A stretch of DNA of 64,000 nt from Planctomycetaceae bacterium. GTDB lineage: Bacteria; Planctomycetota; Planctomycetia; Planctomycetales; Planctomycetaceae. Each line of letters starts with the position of its first letter. Position 1 is the first letter of the stretch. A program made the translations under genes and the position numbers. The notes beneath the pieces were generated by a model. It saw only the letters and a program-made list of their open reading frames with translations, was not told the DNA's origin and made no database searches. Location of the stretch: the NCBI GenBank assembly GCA_044229335.1, contig JBGATC010000018.1, forward strand, positions 530 through 64,529. The letters are read 5' to 3'. Shown in pieces: positions 43,046 to 52,585 of this stretch.

Positions 43046-45034
43046 ATGACCGACCGCCGTATTCTTGTCACCGCCGCGCTTCCGTATGCCAACGGGCAAT
43101 TGCACCTCGGGCATCTGGTCGAGTACATCCAGACCGACATCTGGGTCCGCTTCCAGAAGCTCCGCGGGCATCGCTGCATTTTTATCTGTGCTGACGACAC
43201 CCACGGCACGGCGATCATGATCCGTGCCAAACAGGAAGGCCGCCCGGAGACCGAACTGATCGCCGATATGCGCGAGGCGCACCTCCGCGACTTTGGCAAG
43301 TTCGACATCGCCTTCGACCACTACGGGAGCACGCACAGCGAATCAAACCGGGCCGTCTGCCACGAAATCTGGGCCGCGCTCCGCGCGGGGGGCTACGTCG
43401 TCGAGAAGGACGTGACCCAACTCTTCGATCCCGAAGCGAACACGTTCCTTGCTGACCGGTTCGTCAAAGGGACCTGCCCGAAGTGTGGTGCGCCGAACCA
43501 GTACGGCGACAACTGCGAGAAATGCGGTGCGACCTACAGCCCGGCTGAGCTGATCGACCCGGTCAGCACACATACCGGGGCCAAGCCGGAAATCCGCACT
43601 GCGCCGCACCTCTTTATTCAGATCGAGAAACTGCACGAGTTCCTCACCAATTATACGCAGTCGGGAAAGCATCTCCAGGAGGAAGTCGCCAACTACCTGA
43701 AGGGACATTTCCTCGGCGAGCCGCTGCGGGACTGGGACGTCTCGCGCCCCGCCCCGTACTTCGGTTTCCCGATCCCCGATAGCCCCGGGAACTACTGGTA
43801 CGTCTGGTTCGATGCCCCGATCGGGTACATCGGCTCAACAGCCGATTGGGCCGCCGCACACGGGGAAACGTGGCAATCGTGGTGGAAAAGAAGCCCAGGG
43901 ACAGCTGTCCCTGGGCTTCCGGAAATCCACCATTTCATCGGCAAGGACATCACGTACTTCCATACGTTGTTCTGGCCGGCGATGTTGCATGCTGCGGGGT
44001 TCAATCTCCCGGAGCGAGTCCACATTCACGGGTTCCTCACCGTCAACGGCGAAAAGATGTCGAAGACGAAGGGGACCTTCATCCAGGCGTCGACGTACGC
44101 CGAGCATCTCGACGCCCAGTACCTGCGGTACTACTACGCTTCGAAACTCGGCGCGCGACTCGACGATCTCGACCTGAACCTCGACGAGTTCGTCGCGAAG
44201 GTGAACTCGGACCTTGTTGGCAAGGTGGTGAATCTCGCGAGCCGCACGGCGAAGTTCGTCGAAGCGACCGGTTTGTCAACCACGTATCCCGATGATGGCG
44301 GGCTGTTCGCGTCAATCGCCGCCGCGGAAGAGACGATCGCCGACCTCTACGAGCGGGGCGAGTACAATGCCGCGCTCCGTGAGATCATGGCGTTCGCTGA
44401 CCGGGCGAATCAGTACGTCGAGCAGAACGCCCCCTGGCTCTTGAAGAAAGATCCGACGAAAGCCACCCAGCTGCAGGACGCCTGCACGGTTGCGCTCAAC
44501 GTCTTCCGTCAGATCGTGACGTATCTGGCCCCCGTGTTGCCGCGGCTCGCTGAGCAGACGCGGCGGTTGTTGAATTGTCCGTTGGCCCGGTGGGATGAAG
44601 TCCGCACGCCGCAAGTCGGCACGCCGGTTGCCAAGTTCGAACACCTCATGAAGCGAGTTGAACTCGCACAGGTTCAAGCGATGATGGAAGCCGGTCAGCA
44701 AGCCGCCCCCGAAACGACTCCCGCCCCCGCGGCTCCGGCCGACTCGGCGGCGTACCTCGAAAAGGAACCGCTCACCGCTGAGCACTGCACGATCGACGAC
44801 TTCGTGAAGGTCGACCTGCGCGTCGCCCGCGTCCTCGAATGCGAAGCGGTCGAAGCGTCCGACAAGCTGCTGCGGATGACCTTGTCGCTCGGCGGCGACG
44901 TGAAGCGGAACGTCTTCGCGGGGATTAAGAATGTCTACAAGCCGGAAGACCTCGTCGGCAAGCTGGTGATCATGTGCGCGAACCTCGCGCCGCGGAAAAT
45001 GAAGTTCGGCGTGAGTGAAGGGTTCTTCGATTGA
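43046..45034 (+). CDS. metG: Methionine--tRNA ligase with an apparently shortened C-terminal tRNA-binding domain
   Basis: HIGH motif ([13 protein letters not shown]), zinc knuckle ([18 protein letters not shown]), KMSKT, and a C-terminal Trbp111-like segment [14 protein letters not shown] ... [17 protein letters not shown]. Confidence 0.95.
   Translation: MTDRRILVTAALPYANGQLHLGHLVEYIQTDIWVRFQKLRGHRCIFICADDTHGTAIMIRAKQEGRPETELIADMREAHLRDFGKFDIAFDHYGSTHSESNRAVCHEIWAALRAGGYVVEKDVTQLFDPEANTFLADRFVKGTCPKCGAPNQYGDNCEKCGATYSPAELIDPVSTHTGAKPEIRTAPHLFIQIEKLHEFLTNYTQSGKHLQEEVANYLKGHFLGEPLRDWDVSRPAPYFGFPIPDSPGNYWYVWFDAPIGYIGSTADWAAAHGETWQSWWKRSPGTAVPGLPEIHHFIGKDITYFHTLFWPAMLHAAGFNLPERVHIHGFLTVNGEKMSKTKGTFIQASTYAEHLDAQYLRYYYASKLGARLDDLDLNLDEFVAKVNSDLVGKVVNLASRTAKFVEATGLSTTYPDDGGLFASIAAAEETIADLYERGEYNAALREIMAFADRANQYVEQNAPWLLKKDPTKATQLQDACTVALNVFRQIVTYLAPVLPRLAEQTRRLLNCPLARWDEVRTPQVGTPVAKFEHLMKRVELAQVQAMMEAGQQAAPETTPAPAAPADSAAYLEKEPLTAEHCTIDDFVKVDLRVARVLECEAVEASDKLLRMTLSLGGDVKRNVFAGIKNVYKPEDLVGKLVIMCANLAPRKMKFGVSEGFFD
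43890..43919. repeat. Perfect 30-nt palindrome in frame inside metG
   Basis: gaagcccagggacag|ctgtccctgggcttc. It encodes [11 protein letters not shown] just upstream of HHFIGKD. Confidence 0.95.
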
Positions 45035-45051
45035 TGAAAGGCGAAGAACCC
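45020..45051 (+). other. Stem-loop spanning the metG stop codon
   Basis: gggttcttcg-attgatgaaagg-cgaagaaccc, with the TGA stop at 45032-45034 in the loop. A degenerate motif copy, cgcttgcgcttcg, follows at 45054-45066. Confidence 0.7.
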
Positions 45052-45079
45052 GGCGCTTGCGCTTCGGGCTGGGAAGAGT

Positions 45080-48000
45080 GTGAACGTGGACGAGTTCGGC
45101 TTTCATCCGCTGATTGCGCGGTGGTTCGCGACCCGGTTCGCCGGGCCGACCGAACCGCAGCGGCGGGGCTGGCCGTCGATCGCTGCGGGGGAACACACCC
45201 TGATCGCCGCGCCGACCGGCTCGGGGAAAACGCTGACTGCGTTCCTCGCGGTGATCGATCGCCTCGTGCGTGATGCCGAAGACGACCGACTCCCCGAGGG
45301 AATCCGCGTCGTCTACGTCTCGCCGCTCCGGGCCTTGTCGAATGATATGCAGCGGAACCTGCAGGCCCCGCTCGGTGAGATGGAACAGCTTGCGGAAGAG
45401 CTCGGCCAGGCGTTTCCCCAGTTGCGTGTCGGTCTGCGGACGGGCGATACCACCGCCGCCGAGCGGGCCAAGCTGGTCCGCAAACCGCCGCACATTCTGG
45501 TCACCACGCCCGAGTCGCTGTACCTGCTCCTCACCGCGGAAAAGGGCCGCGAGCGGCTCGTCACCGTCGATACCGTCATCGTCGACGAAATCCACGCCCT
45601 CGTGCAGGACAAGCGCGGGGCGCATCTCGCGCTCTCTCTCGAACGGCTCACTGCCCTCGCGGAGCAGCCGGTCCAACGGATCGGTCTTTCAGCGACACAG
45701 AAGCCGCTGGAACTCGTCGCGAATTTTCTCGTTGGAATGGGGGATCCCCAGACGGGACCGCCTCCGTGCAACATCGTGAATGTCGGCCATCAGCGACGGC
45801 TCGATCTCGCGATTGAAGTCCCGTTCGATCCGCTTGGCACGGTCTGCACGCACGAGCAATGGGCCGTCGTGCATCAGCGGCTGGTTGAACTGATCGAGTC
45901 GCACCACAGCACGCTGATCTTCGTCAACACCCGCCGCATGGCCGAGCGGCTCACGCATCAACTCAGCGAACTGCTGGGTGAAGACCATGTCAGCAGTCAT
46001 CACGGATCGCTCTCGTACGAGCTGCGGCACAAGACCGAACAACGGCTGAAAGCGGGCGAGATCAAAGCAGTCGTCGCGACGGCGTCGCTCGAACTGGGGA
46101 TCGACGTCGGGTACATCGACCTCGTCGTGCAGATCGGGTCGCCCCGCGCGATCGCTGCGTTCCTGCAACGCATTGGCCGGTCGGGTCACTCGCTGCATGC
46201 GGTCCCCAAAGGACGGTTGTTCGCCCTGACCCGCGATGAGTACGGCGAATGTGCGGCCCTGCTGCGGGCGGTGAAACAAGGCCGACTCGATACGCTCCGC
46301 ATTCCGGTCGCGCCGCTCGACATCCTCGTCCAGCAGGTCGTCTCCGAGACGTCCGCACAGGAGTGGAGTTCCGACGAACTCTTCGCGTTGTGCAAACGGT
46401 CGTATCCGTTTCGCGATCTCAGCGCCGATCTCTGGGAAGAGACCCTGGGAATGCTCAGCGAGGGTTTCACCAGCACCGCTGGACGTAAGCTCGCGCTCCT
46501 CTATTACGACCGGGTCGGCCGTCGGTTGAAAGCCCGCCCAATCGCGCGCGGTTTGGCGATCGGGAATGCCGGTGCGATCCCTGAGACCGGTCAGTACCGC
46601 GTGGTCGCCCAGCCGGAAAACACGGTCATCGGCTCGGTCGACGAAGACTTCGCGGTCGAAAGCCAACGCGGCGACATCTTCCAACTCGGCAACACATCCT
46701 GGCGGATCGAGTACGTCCGCGGCGGTGATGTCACCGTCAGTGATGCCCACGGCGCACCACCGAGCATTCCCTTCTGGTTCGGCGAAGCCCCCGGACGCAC
46801 CAAGGAACTCTCCGAAGCGGTCGGCGAACTCCGCGAGACGATTCGGACCCTGGGGAATGACCCAGCCGCGGCGATCGAATGGCTCATCAGCGAAGCCCCA
46901 TCACCGGAAACCGCAGCGGCGACGTTCGTCGAATACGTCCGCACCGAAGAAGCCGCGATCGGTGTGGTCCCGACGCAGGAGAAGGTCGTCTTCGAGCGGT
47001 TCTTCGATGAGTCAGGCGGGATGCAGCTGGTGATCCACGCTCCGTTCGGTGCACCGATCACCCGCGCGTGGGGTTACGCGATGCGGAAGCGGTTCTGCCG
47101 CAGCTTCGACTTCGAACTGCAGGCGACCGCGGATGACGACGGCATCATCCTCTCGCTCGGACCACAGCACAGCTTCCCGATCGAGAGCCTGTTCGGGATG
47201 CTCACGAGCGAAAACGTGACCGGTCTGCTCGAACAGGCGATCCTCGTGCAGCCGCCGTTTCAACTCCGCTGGCGATGGAACGCCACACGGGCGCTGTTCG
47301 TCCCGCGGATGAAGTTCGGCAAGAAAGTCCCGCCGGCGCTGCAACGCTTCCGTGCGGAAGACCTGCTGACGAGTTGCTTCCCGCAATTGACCGGATGCCT
47401 GGAGAACCACACGGGGGATATCGAGCTGCCCGATCATCCCCTCGTGAAGCAGACGATGCACGACTGTCTGCACGAAGCGATGGACCTCGAGGGTCTGATC
47501 GATGTGCTGCGACGGATTGAAGCAGGAGCGATTCGGCTCGTCGGCCGCGACACACGCGAGCCCTCGCCGTTCTGTTATGAACTGCTGAATGCGTATCCGT
47601 ATGCATTCCTCGACGGTGGTGAGATTCAGGAACGGCGGTCGCGAGTCGTCGCACGCGGCTCCGGACTCTCCACGGAAACGACCGATCTGACGTGGCTCGA
47701 TCCATCAGCCGTGGCCCAGGTCGTGAGTGAAGCGCAACCGCTGGTCCGTCATGCCGACGAACTGCACGATCTGCTGTTGAGCGTGGTGCTGTTGCCAACC
47801 AGTCCCGCGGCGACGGGGACCTTCGCGGCACCCGACATCACGCCGGAATGGTCGGTGTGGCTGAAGGAACTGACCAAGGCCAAACGGGTCTTCACCGTGA
47901 CGCTGTCCGATGAACGAACGGCGTTTGCACCGATCGAACGCTGGTCGGCGGTGCAGGCGGTCGGACTCGTCGAGGCAGTGCCGAAGGGCTATGCGATCCC

Positions 48001-49531
48001 GCCGGGCCTGCCGACAGAGATGGAGTCGACGCCGGCGCGGATCTTGATCGCGCGGGGTTGGCTCGAAATCTGCGGACCAACGACAGCCGTCGACTTCGCC
48101 GCGTATCTCGGCTGGTCGCCAACACTGACCGCGGCGATCTTCGAGGCGCTCGAAGGCGAAGGGACGGTCCTCCGCGGACGGTTCACGCGGGAGTCGCCCG
48201 CCGTGGATGCCGATGCGCCGCTGCGAGACTGGTGCCATCGACGGTTGCTCGCGCGGATTCATCGACTGACACTCGCGGGGCTGCGTGAGCAGATTGCACC
48301 GGTCGATGTGGCTGCGTACCAGCGGTTTCTGTTCCAGCATCACGGGATTGTGACAACCGAACCGCGAAGCGGCGCGAACGGGGTTTTCGAGACCATCACA
48401 CAACTGCAGGGACTCGATCTCCCCGCGATCGCCTGGGAACGCGACCTGCTCCCCGCGCGACTGCCGGGGTATCAGTCAACCTGGCTCGATGAATTGTGTC
48501 TCGCCGGCGAAGTCGGCTGGGGACGACTCTATCCCCCGGTGATCGATCCGGAACGGTCACGGCCGGCGAACGTCACGCGTGTGGTGCCACTCAGCTTGTT
48601 TCTCCGTGGTGATCTGCCGTGGCTCACGGTGTCCGAAACCACCGAAGCTGATCGGCCTGGAGGCCTGGCGGGGGAGATCCTCGAACATCTGGAGCGCGAC
48701 GGGGCGCTCTTCGCAGCCGATTTGATGGCCGCGACGCGGATGCTGCCGACGCACCTCGAAGAGGCGCTCGGTGAGTTGATCGCCCGCGGTCTCGTCACCG
48801 CCGATGCCTTCAACGGCCTGCGGTCACTGATCGCTGATCGAGTCGAACAATCACAACGAACGGGGCGACAGGTTCCGGCCGGATTCTCACGACGGCGGTT
48901 GATGGGGACGCTCTCCGGTCGGTGGTCACGCTGGCGACGCCAGTCGAGTCCCACCACGAGCGACGCCCATCAGGAATGGCTGCAGGCGTGGGGCTGGCAG
49001 TTGTTACGCCGCTGGGGCGTTGTCTTTCGTGATTTACTGCAACGGGAAGATGGTGCCCCGCGGTGGTGGGAACTCGCCCCGCTTTATCGTCGTTGGGAAG
49101 CCCGGGGCGAACTCCGCGGCGGACGATTCATCACTGGGGTTGCGGGAGAACAGTTCGCACTCGAATCGACGATCCACGAGCTGCGTCGCTTCCGCGATCC
49201 CGATCTGCAGTCCGCCGAGGTGACGATCACCGCGGTCGATCCGCTGAACCTCGTGGGCATCCTCACACCGCCGCCGCGGATCGCATCGCTGCCCAACAAT
49301 CGACTCGTCTATCGCGATGGTGTCGCCCAGGCAGCGCTGCTCAGTGGCGAGATCGTCTGGCTAGTCGATGGACTGACCCGCGCGCAACAGGCTCGGTACG
49401 AAGCTCTGCTACACGGACGCCCGGTTCCGCCGGAAACACCACCACCCGAGAGCTCCACGGATCGCTCCCCATCGCGTCGTCCGCGCCGTCCCGACCCGCC
49501 GAACAAGATTCCACGCCCGTTGATTTCATAG
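45080..49531 (+). CDS. lhr: Lhr-family large ATP-dependent helicase
   Basis: 1483 aa. Motif I is IAAPTGSGKTL and motif II is VDEIH. It has SAT-like LSAT, HHGSLS, QRIGRSGH and a long DEAD-associated/Lhr C-terminal extension. The start is a GTG. Confidence 0.9.
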   Translation: MNVDEFGFHPLIARWFATRFAGPTEPQRRGWPSIAAGEHTLIAAPTGSGKTLTAFLAVIDRLVRDAEDDRLPEGIRVVYVSPLRALSNDMQRNLQAPLGEMEQLAEELGQAFPQLRVGLRTGDTTAAERAKLVRKPPHILVTTPESLYLLLTAEKGRERLVTVDTVIVDEIHALVQDKRGAHLALSLERLTALAEQPVQRIGLSATQKPLELVANFLVGMGDPQTGPPPCNIVNVGHQRRLDLAIEVPFDPLGTVCTHEQWAVVHQRLVELIESHHSTLIFVNTRRMAERLTHQLSELLGEDHVSSHHGSLSYELRHKTEQRLKAGEIKAVVATASLELGIDVGYIDLVVQIGSPRAIAAFLQRIGRSGHSLHAVPKGRLFALTRDEYGECAALLRAVKQGRLDTLRIPVAPLDILVQQVVSETSAQEWSSDELFALCKRSYPFRDLSADLWEETLGMLSEGFTSTAGRKLALLYYDRVGRRLKARPIARGLAIGNAGAIPETGQYRVVAQPENTVIGSVDEDFAVESQRGDIFQLGNTSWRIEYVRGGDVTVSDAHGAPPSIPFWFGEAPGRTKELSEAVGELRETIRTLGNDPAAAIEWLISEAPSPETAAATFVEYVRTEEAAIGVVPTQEKVVFERFFDESGGMQLVIHAPFGAPITRAWGYAMRKRFCRSFDFELQATADDDGIILSLGPQHSFPIESLFGMLTSENVTGLLEQAILVQPPFQLRWRWNATRALFVPRMKFGKKVPPALQRFRAEDLLTSCFPQLTGCLENHTGDIELPDHPLVKQTMHDCLHEAMDLEGLIDVLRRIEAGAIRLVGRDTREPSPFCYELLNAYPYAFLDGGEIQERRSRVVARGSGLSTETTDLTWLDPSAVAQVVSEAQPLVRHADELHDLLLSVVLLPTSPAATGTFAAPDITPEWSVWLKELTKAKRVFTVTLSDERTAFAPIERWSAVQAVGLVEAVPKGYAIPPGLPTEMESTPARILIARGWLEICGPTTAVDFAAYLGWSPTLTAAIFEALEGEGTVLRGRFTRESPAVDADAPLRDWCHRRLLARIHRLTLAGLREQIAPVDVAAYQRFLFQHHGIVTTEPRSGANGVFETITQLQGLDLPAIAWERDLLPARLPGYQSTWLDELCLAGEVGWGRLYPPVIDPERSRPANVTRVVPLSLFLRGDLPWLTVSETTEADRPGGLAGEILEHLERDGALFAADLMAATRMLPTHLEEALGELIARGLVTADAFNGLRSLIADRVEQSQRTGRQVPAGFSRRRLMGTLSGRWSRWRRQSSPTTSDAHQEWLQAWGWQLLRRWGVVFRDLLQREDGAPRWWELAPLYRRWEARGELRGGRFITGVAGEQFALESTIHELRRFRDPDLQSAEVTITAVDPLNLVGILTPPPRIASLPNNRLVYRDGVAQAALLSGEIVWLVDGLTRAQQARYEALLHGRPVPPETPPPESSTDRSPSRRPRRPDPPNKIPRPLIS

Positions 49532-49595
49532 TGGTTGAGCAGCAGTTTCGCGATGGTCTGTTCCTGGTTGTGTGAGGCAGATGAAGTTCAGAGCC

Positions 49596-49610
49596 GCGAA
49601 GACGCAAGCG
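49596..49610 (+). repeat. Copy of the GCGAAGACGCAAGCG motif
   Basis: Exact match in the lhr/eamA spacer. Confidence 0.9.
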
Positions 49611-49673
49611 AGCGAGGCTTACCTCTTCGCAGAGTTTCCGAGGCAATCGCGCAGAACCACATCCAACAGAATG

Positions 49674-49682
49674 TGATATACT
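49674..49682 (+). promoter_or_regulatory. Candidate extended -10 (TGaTATACT), 44 nt upstream of the EamA-family gene
   Basis: tgatatact at 49674-49682. I found no convincing -35 element. Planctomycete promoter rules are poorly known. Confidence 0.2.
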
Positions 49683-49725
49683 CCCAAAACTGCCGGTCCC
49701 CCCTGCCTTCGAAAGCCTGCTGCTT

Positions 49726-50628
49726 GTGTCTTCAAGACCGCTCCCCGTACCGCTCACGGTCACCGCGACACTCTTGACGCTGTTAACGGTGGCCTTGTGG
49801 GGTGGGAATCCGGTAGCGACGCGGTATTCGGTCGATGCTCTGCCGCCGATCACGGTGGCCGGTTTGCGGTTCCTCATGGCGTCCGGGGTCATGCTCGTCT
49901 GGTGCCTGATGGAACGGGTCTCGTTTGATGTCCGTTCCGGGCAATGGCGACCGATCTTGATCGCTGGCACGTTGCTCTTTCTGCAGATCACAACGTTCAC
50001 GATCGGCGCGGCCTGGACGAGTTCCTCGCATGCGTCGCTGTTCGTCAATACGTTCGTCTTCTGGGTCGTCGGCCTCGAACATTGGCTGATGCGAACGGAG
50101 AGATTGACGGCGGGCAAGCTGGCAGGGCTGACACTCGCTGCGACCGGTGTGGGGGTGCTCCTGTGGCAGGCCGAACATCCCGGGACTCAGCGTGATGTCC
50201 CTTCGCTGGCGGGCGACGCGCTGCTTCTCTTCAGTGCGTTCCTGCTGGGGGTGAAGTTCATCTACACCAAGCGAGCATTGAAAGTGATCGGTCCGACCGA
50301 ACTGATCTTCTGGCACGACCTGGTGGCGGTGGCTCAATTTGCCCTCGCAGCCGCCCTGTGCGAGCAGCCCGACTTCACGCGGGTAACGATCCCGGCCGCG
50401 GTGGGCCTGCTGTACCAGGGGATTTTTGTCGGTGGGGTGTGCTTTGCGCTGCAGGCACATCTGCTGAAATCGTATTCGGCCTCGCGGATCGCCGTCTTCA
50501 GTTTTCTGACACCGCTGTTCGGGATGGCGCTCGGATCGCTGTTTCGCGGCGATCAACTCTCGCTCGGACTGGTGATCGCCGGCGTGGCGGTGGCCGCGGG
50601 GATCGCGTTGGTCAACCGGGCGGAGTAA
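49726..50628 (+). CDS. EamA/DMT-family transporter
   Basis: 300 aa with about 10 TM helices in two EamA-like halves (LWGGNPVATRYSV ...). Confidence 0.8.
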   Translation: MSSRPLPVPLTVTATLLTLLTVALWGGNPVATRYSVDALPPITVAGLRFLMASGVMLVWCLMERVSFDVRSGQWRPILIAGTLLFLQITTFTIGAAWTSSSHASLFVNTFVFWVVGLEHWLMRTERLTAGKLAGLTLAATGVGVLLWQAEHPGTQRDVPSLAGDALLLFSAFLLGVKFIYTKRALKVIGPTELIFWHDLVAVAQFALAAALCEQPDFTRVTIPAAVGLLYQGIFVGGVCFALQAHLLKSYSASRIAVFSFLTPLFGMALGSLFRGDQLSLGLVIAGVAVAAGIALVNRAE

Positions 50629-50633
50629 TGGGA

Positions 50634-50681
50634 ATCGCGAAGACGCCAGCGAGTGTCGAGGATCGCTGGCGTCTTCGCGAT
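50634..50681. terminator. Perfect 19-bp hairpin between convergent stops, built from a motif variant
   Basis: atcgcgaagacgccagcga-gtgtcgagga-tcgctggcgtcttcgcgat. It lies 5 nt after the EamA stop and 8 nt before the acyltransferase stop. Confidence 0.7.
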
Positions 50682-50689
50682 CGGAGAAA

Positions 50690-51901
50690 CTACCCCAGCG
50701 CCCGCAACACGCTCACCCGCCGCTGCAACCACTCGACCAGCCGCGTGAACCCGTCAGCCGCCAGCAGACTGGCGGTATACGTGACGAGTAAGACGGCGAA
50801 TGCCAGCCACGGTCGTCCGACGGTTGCTGCGGCACAAAGTCCATTCATCACCAGGCAAATGGGAAAATGAATCAGGAACAGGCTGTAGGAATGTCGGCCG
50901 AGATACTTCCAGACAGGGCCACGCAACCAGGTCGAAAGCCAGCCGCGGTCATGTCCCACCACAAACAGTACGGCAGTCATCAGAGCCACTGCCAAGCGTG
51001 GTCGCCAATCGACCATCAGTGCGAGCGCTCCGCACCCCGCCACGCCGACTCCGTACCAGCGTGGCAGATCGCCGCGGTTGCACCACGCGGCCGTCATCCC
51101 GAGGAAATAGCTGCCGAAGAAGAATCCAAACCACCATTCATGTTCGGCACTTCGATTCCAGTAAAACCACGCCGCACAGGCCAGGGGTAGCCACAGCACC
51201 TGCGTGAGCACAACAGGCGAGACCCGTCTGGTGATCCAAGGCGGACACTGACGGACTGCTGTCATCAGTACCACTCCAACCAGTGTGAGCTGCCAGTCAA
51301 TCGCGAGATACCAGAGGCCCGCACTGAGCGATTCAAACCCCAGGACGTTCATCAGAAAAAGGAGATGTGCGCCCAGACTGGCCCAACTCGGCGGTGCCGC
51401 GATCATGGGGTCATCAATCCACCGATCAGCCCAGGCATTCGCCCCTATCACCAGGATCAGCAGAATCCAGTAAGGTAACGACAGCCTCAAAAATCGGCGG
51501 CCGAGTTGCCGACTGGCACTCGACCACGACTCAGTCCCACTTCCAAGTAAGCCTTCAGCCGCGACATATCCGCCGATCACCAGAAAGAGATGTACGGCCA
51601 TCCGACCGTAATCGAACAACAGGTCGAAGACGACCGGCGCGACCAGTGCTGCAGAATCAACGACCGGTCCATAACTTGCGAGGTGATGCCAGACGATGAT
51701 TTGCGCGGCGAAGCCACGGAGCCCGTCAAACAACGTCCAGCGCGGTCGAAGCGTACGGAGCGCCGTCGTGACAGCAACCGCAGCCATCGGCTGCGTTCCG
51801 CTGGACAGCGTAACGGGAGGCGACGCCAACAGTCGTTGGGGCGTTGCCGGTGAAGGAGAGACGACCGCATCCGTGCGGGCGTGCGACACCGGATTGGTCA
51901 C
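50690..51901 (-). CDS. Acyltransferase family 3 (OafA/YrhL-like) membrane protein
   Basis: FDGLRGFAAQIIVWHHL, followed by about 10 TM helices. The start may instead be the internal Met at 51787. Confidence 0.85.
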   Translation of the reverse strand: MTNPVSHARTDAVVSPSPATPQRLLASPPVTLSSGTQPMAAVAVTTALRTLRPRWTLFDGLRGFAAQIIVWHHLASYGPVVDSAALVAPVVFDLLFDYGRMAVHLFLVIGGYVAAEGLLGSGTESWSSASRQLGRRFLRLSLPYWILLILVIGANAWADRWIDDPMIAAPPSWASLGAHLLFLMNVLGFESLSAGLWYLAIDWQLTLVGVVLMTAVRQCPPWITRRVSPVVLTQVLWLPLACAAWFYWNRSAEHEWWFGFFFGSYFLGMTAAWCNRGDLPRWYGVGVAGCGALALMVDWRPRLAVALMTAVLFVVGHDRGWLSTWLRGPVWKYLGRHSYSLFLIHFPICLVMNGLCAAATVGRPWLAFAVLLVTYTASLLAADGFTRLVEWLQRRVSVLRALG

Positions 51902-52008
51902 AACGCCTCACGATTCGAAACCTGAAAACTTCGTCAACTGCGGGGAACGATAATCCGCGTGGCTATCCGGGTCAAGAGTTCAGTTTCGGGAACGAATTGC
52001 AGGGGGGT

Positions 52009-52023
52009 GCGAAGACGCAAGCG
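52009..52023 (+). repeat. Copy of the GCGAAGACGCAAGCG motif
   Basis: Exact match. The following ttgat is shared with the copy at 34458. Confidence 0.9.
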
Positions 52024-52199
52024 TTGATCCTCGCTCGCTGGTAGCCTCGCGAGACAACATGAACAGAAAGACACATTTCGAGTGTCCCGAGAAACTGGAC
52101 TTCTCCGCCCTGCTCTGTTAGCTTATCGAATTCTTCGCCCATCCCGATGGGGAATGTGGCGGTCGGTGTCCACGGTTTTCAGGCGGATGGCAAGGTTGG

Positions 52200-52463
52200 T
52201 TGCCATTGCGCGAATCAAAGGTAGTTGTTGTCATGCCCCAGTCCCGTCAATCGCTGGAACGTCAGATCAAGATCGCTGAAGAAACGCTGGCGCAGCGGGC
52301 TTCCAAGCTGGGTGCGAATACGGTCCAGAAAACCGACCCGCTGTGGCGCAAGTACAATGCCAACTTTCAGGCGCTCCAGAAGCGTCTGCGGGCCGTCGCA
52401 GCGACGGAAGCCAACAACGCCGAAATCGAGCGATTGAAGGCCGAGAAGCTCGCCGCGGAATAG
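52200..52463 (+). CDS. Small coiled-coil protein, uncharacterized
   Basis: 76-87 aa (alternative start at Met 52233). It is Lys/Glu/Ala/Gln-rich and helical. I recognised no family motif. Confidence 0.4.
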   Translation: MPLRESKVVVVMPQSRQSLERQIKIAEETLAQRASKLGANTVQKTDPLWRKYNANFQALQKRLRAVAATEANNAEIERLKAEKLAAE

Positions 52464-52585
52464 TGTAGACGCTGGGGAGAGCCCTCCCTGAAGTTCCCAG
52501 GGCTGCGTTCCGGTTGGGACCGTCTTGGCCGCCCAGGCTGGTGGGACTCGCAGATTCGTTCTACCCTACCGAGAGCCGGTGCGCC

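Noticed and set aside
37183-49531. Uma2 endonuclease plus Lhr helicase considered as parts of a defence island.
   Set aside because: The two genes lie about 7 kb apart. They are separated by housekeeping genes (prolyl oligopeptidase, dapL, metG). No methyltransferase, toxin or other defence marker lies nearby. Lhr and Uma2 are common stand-alone genes.
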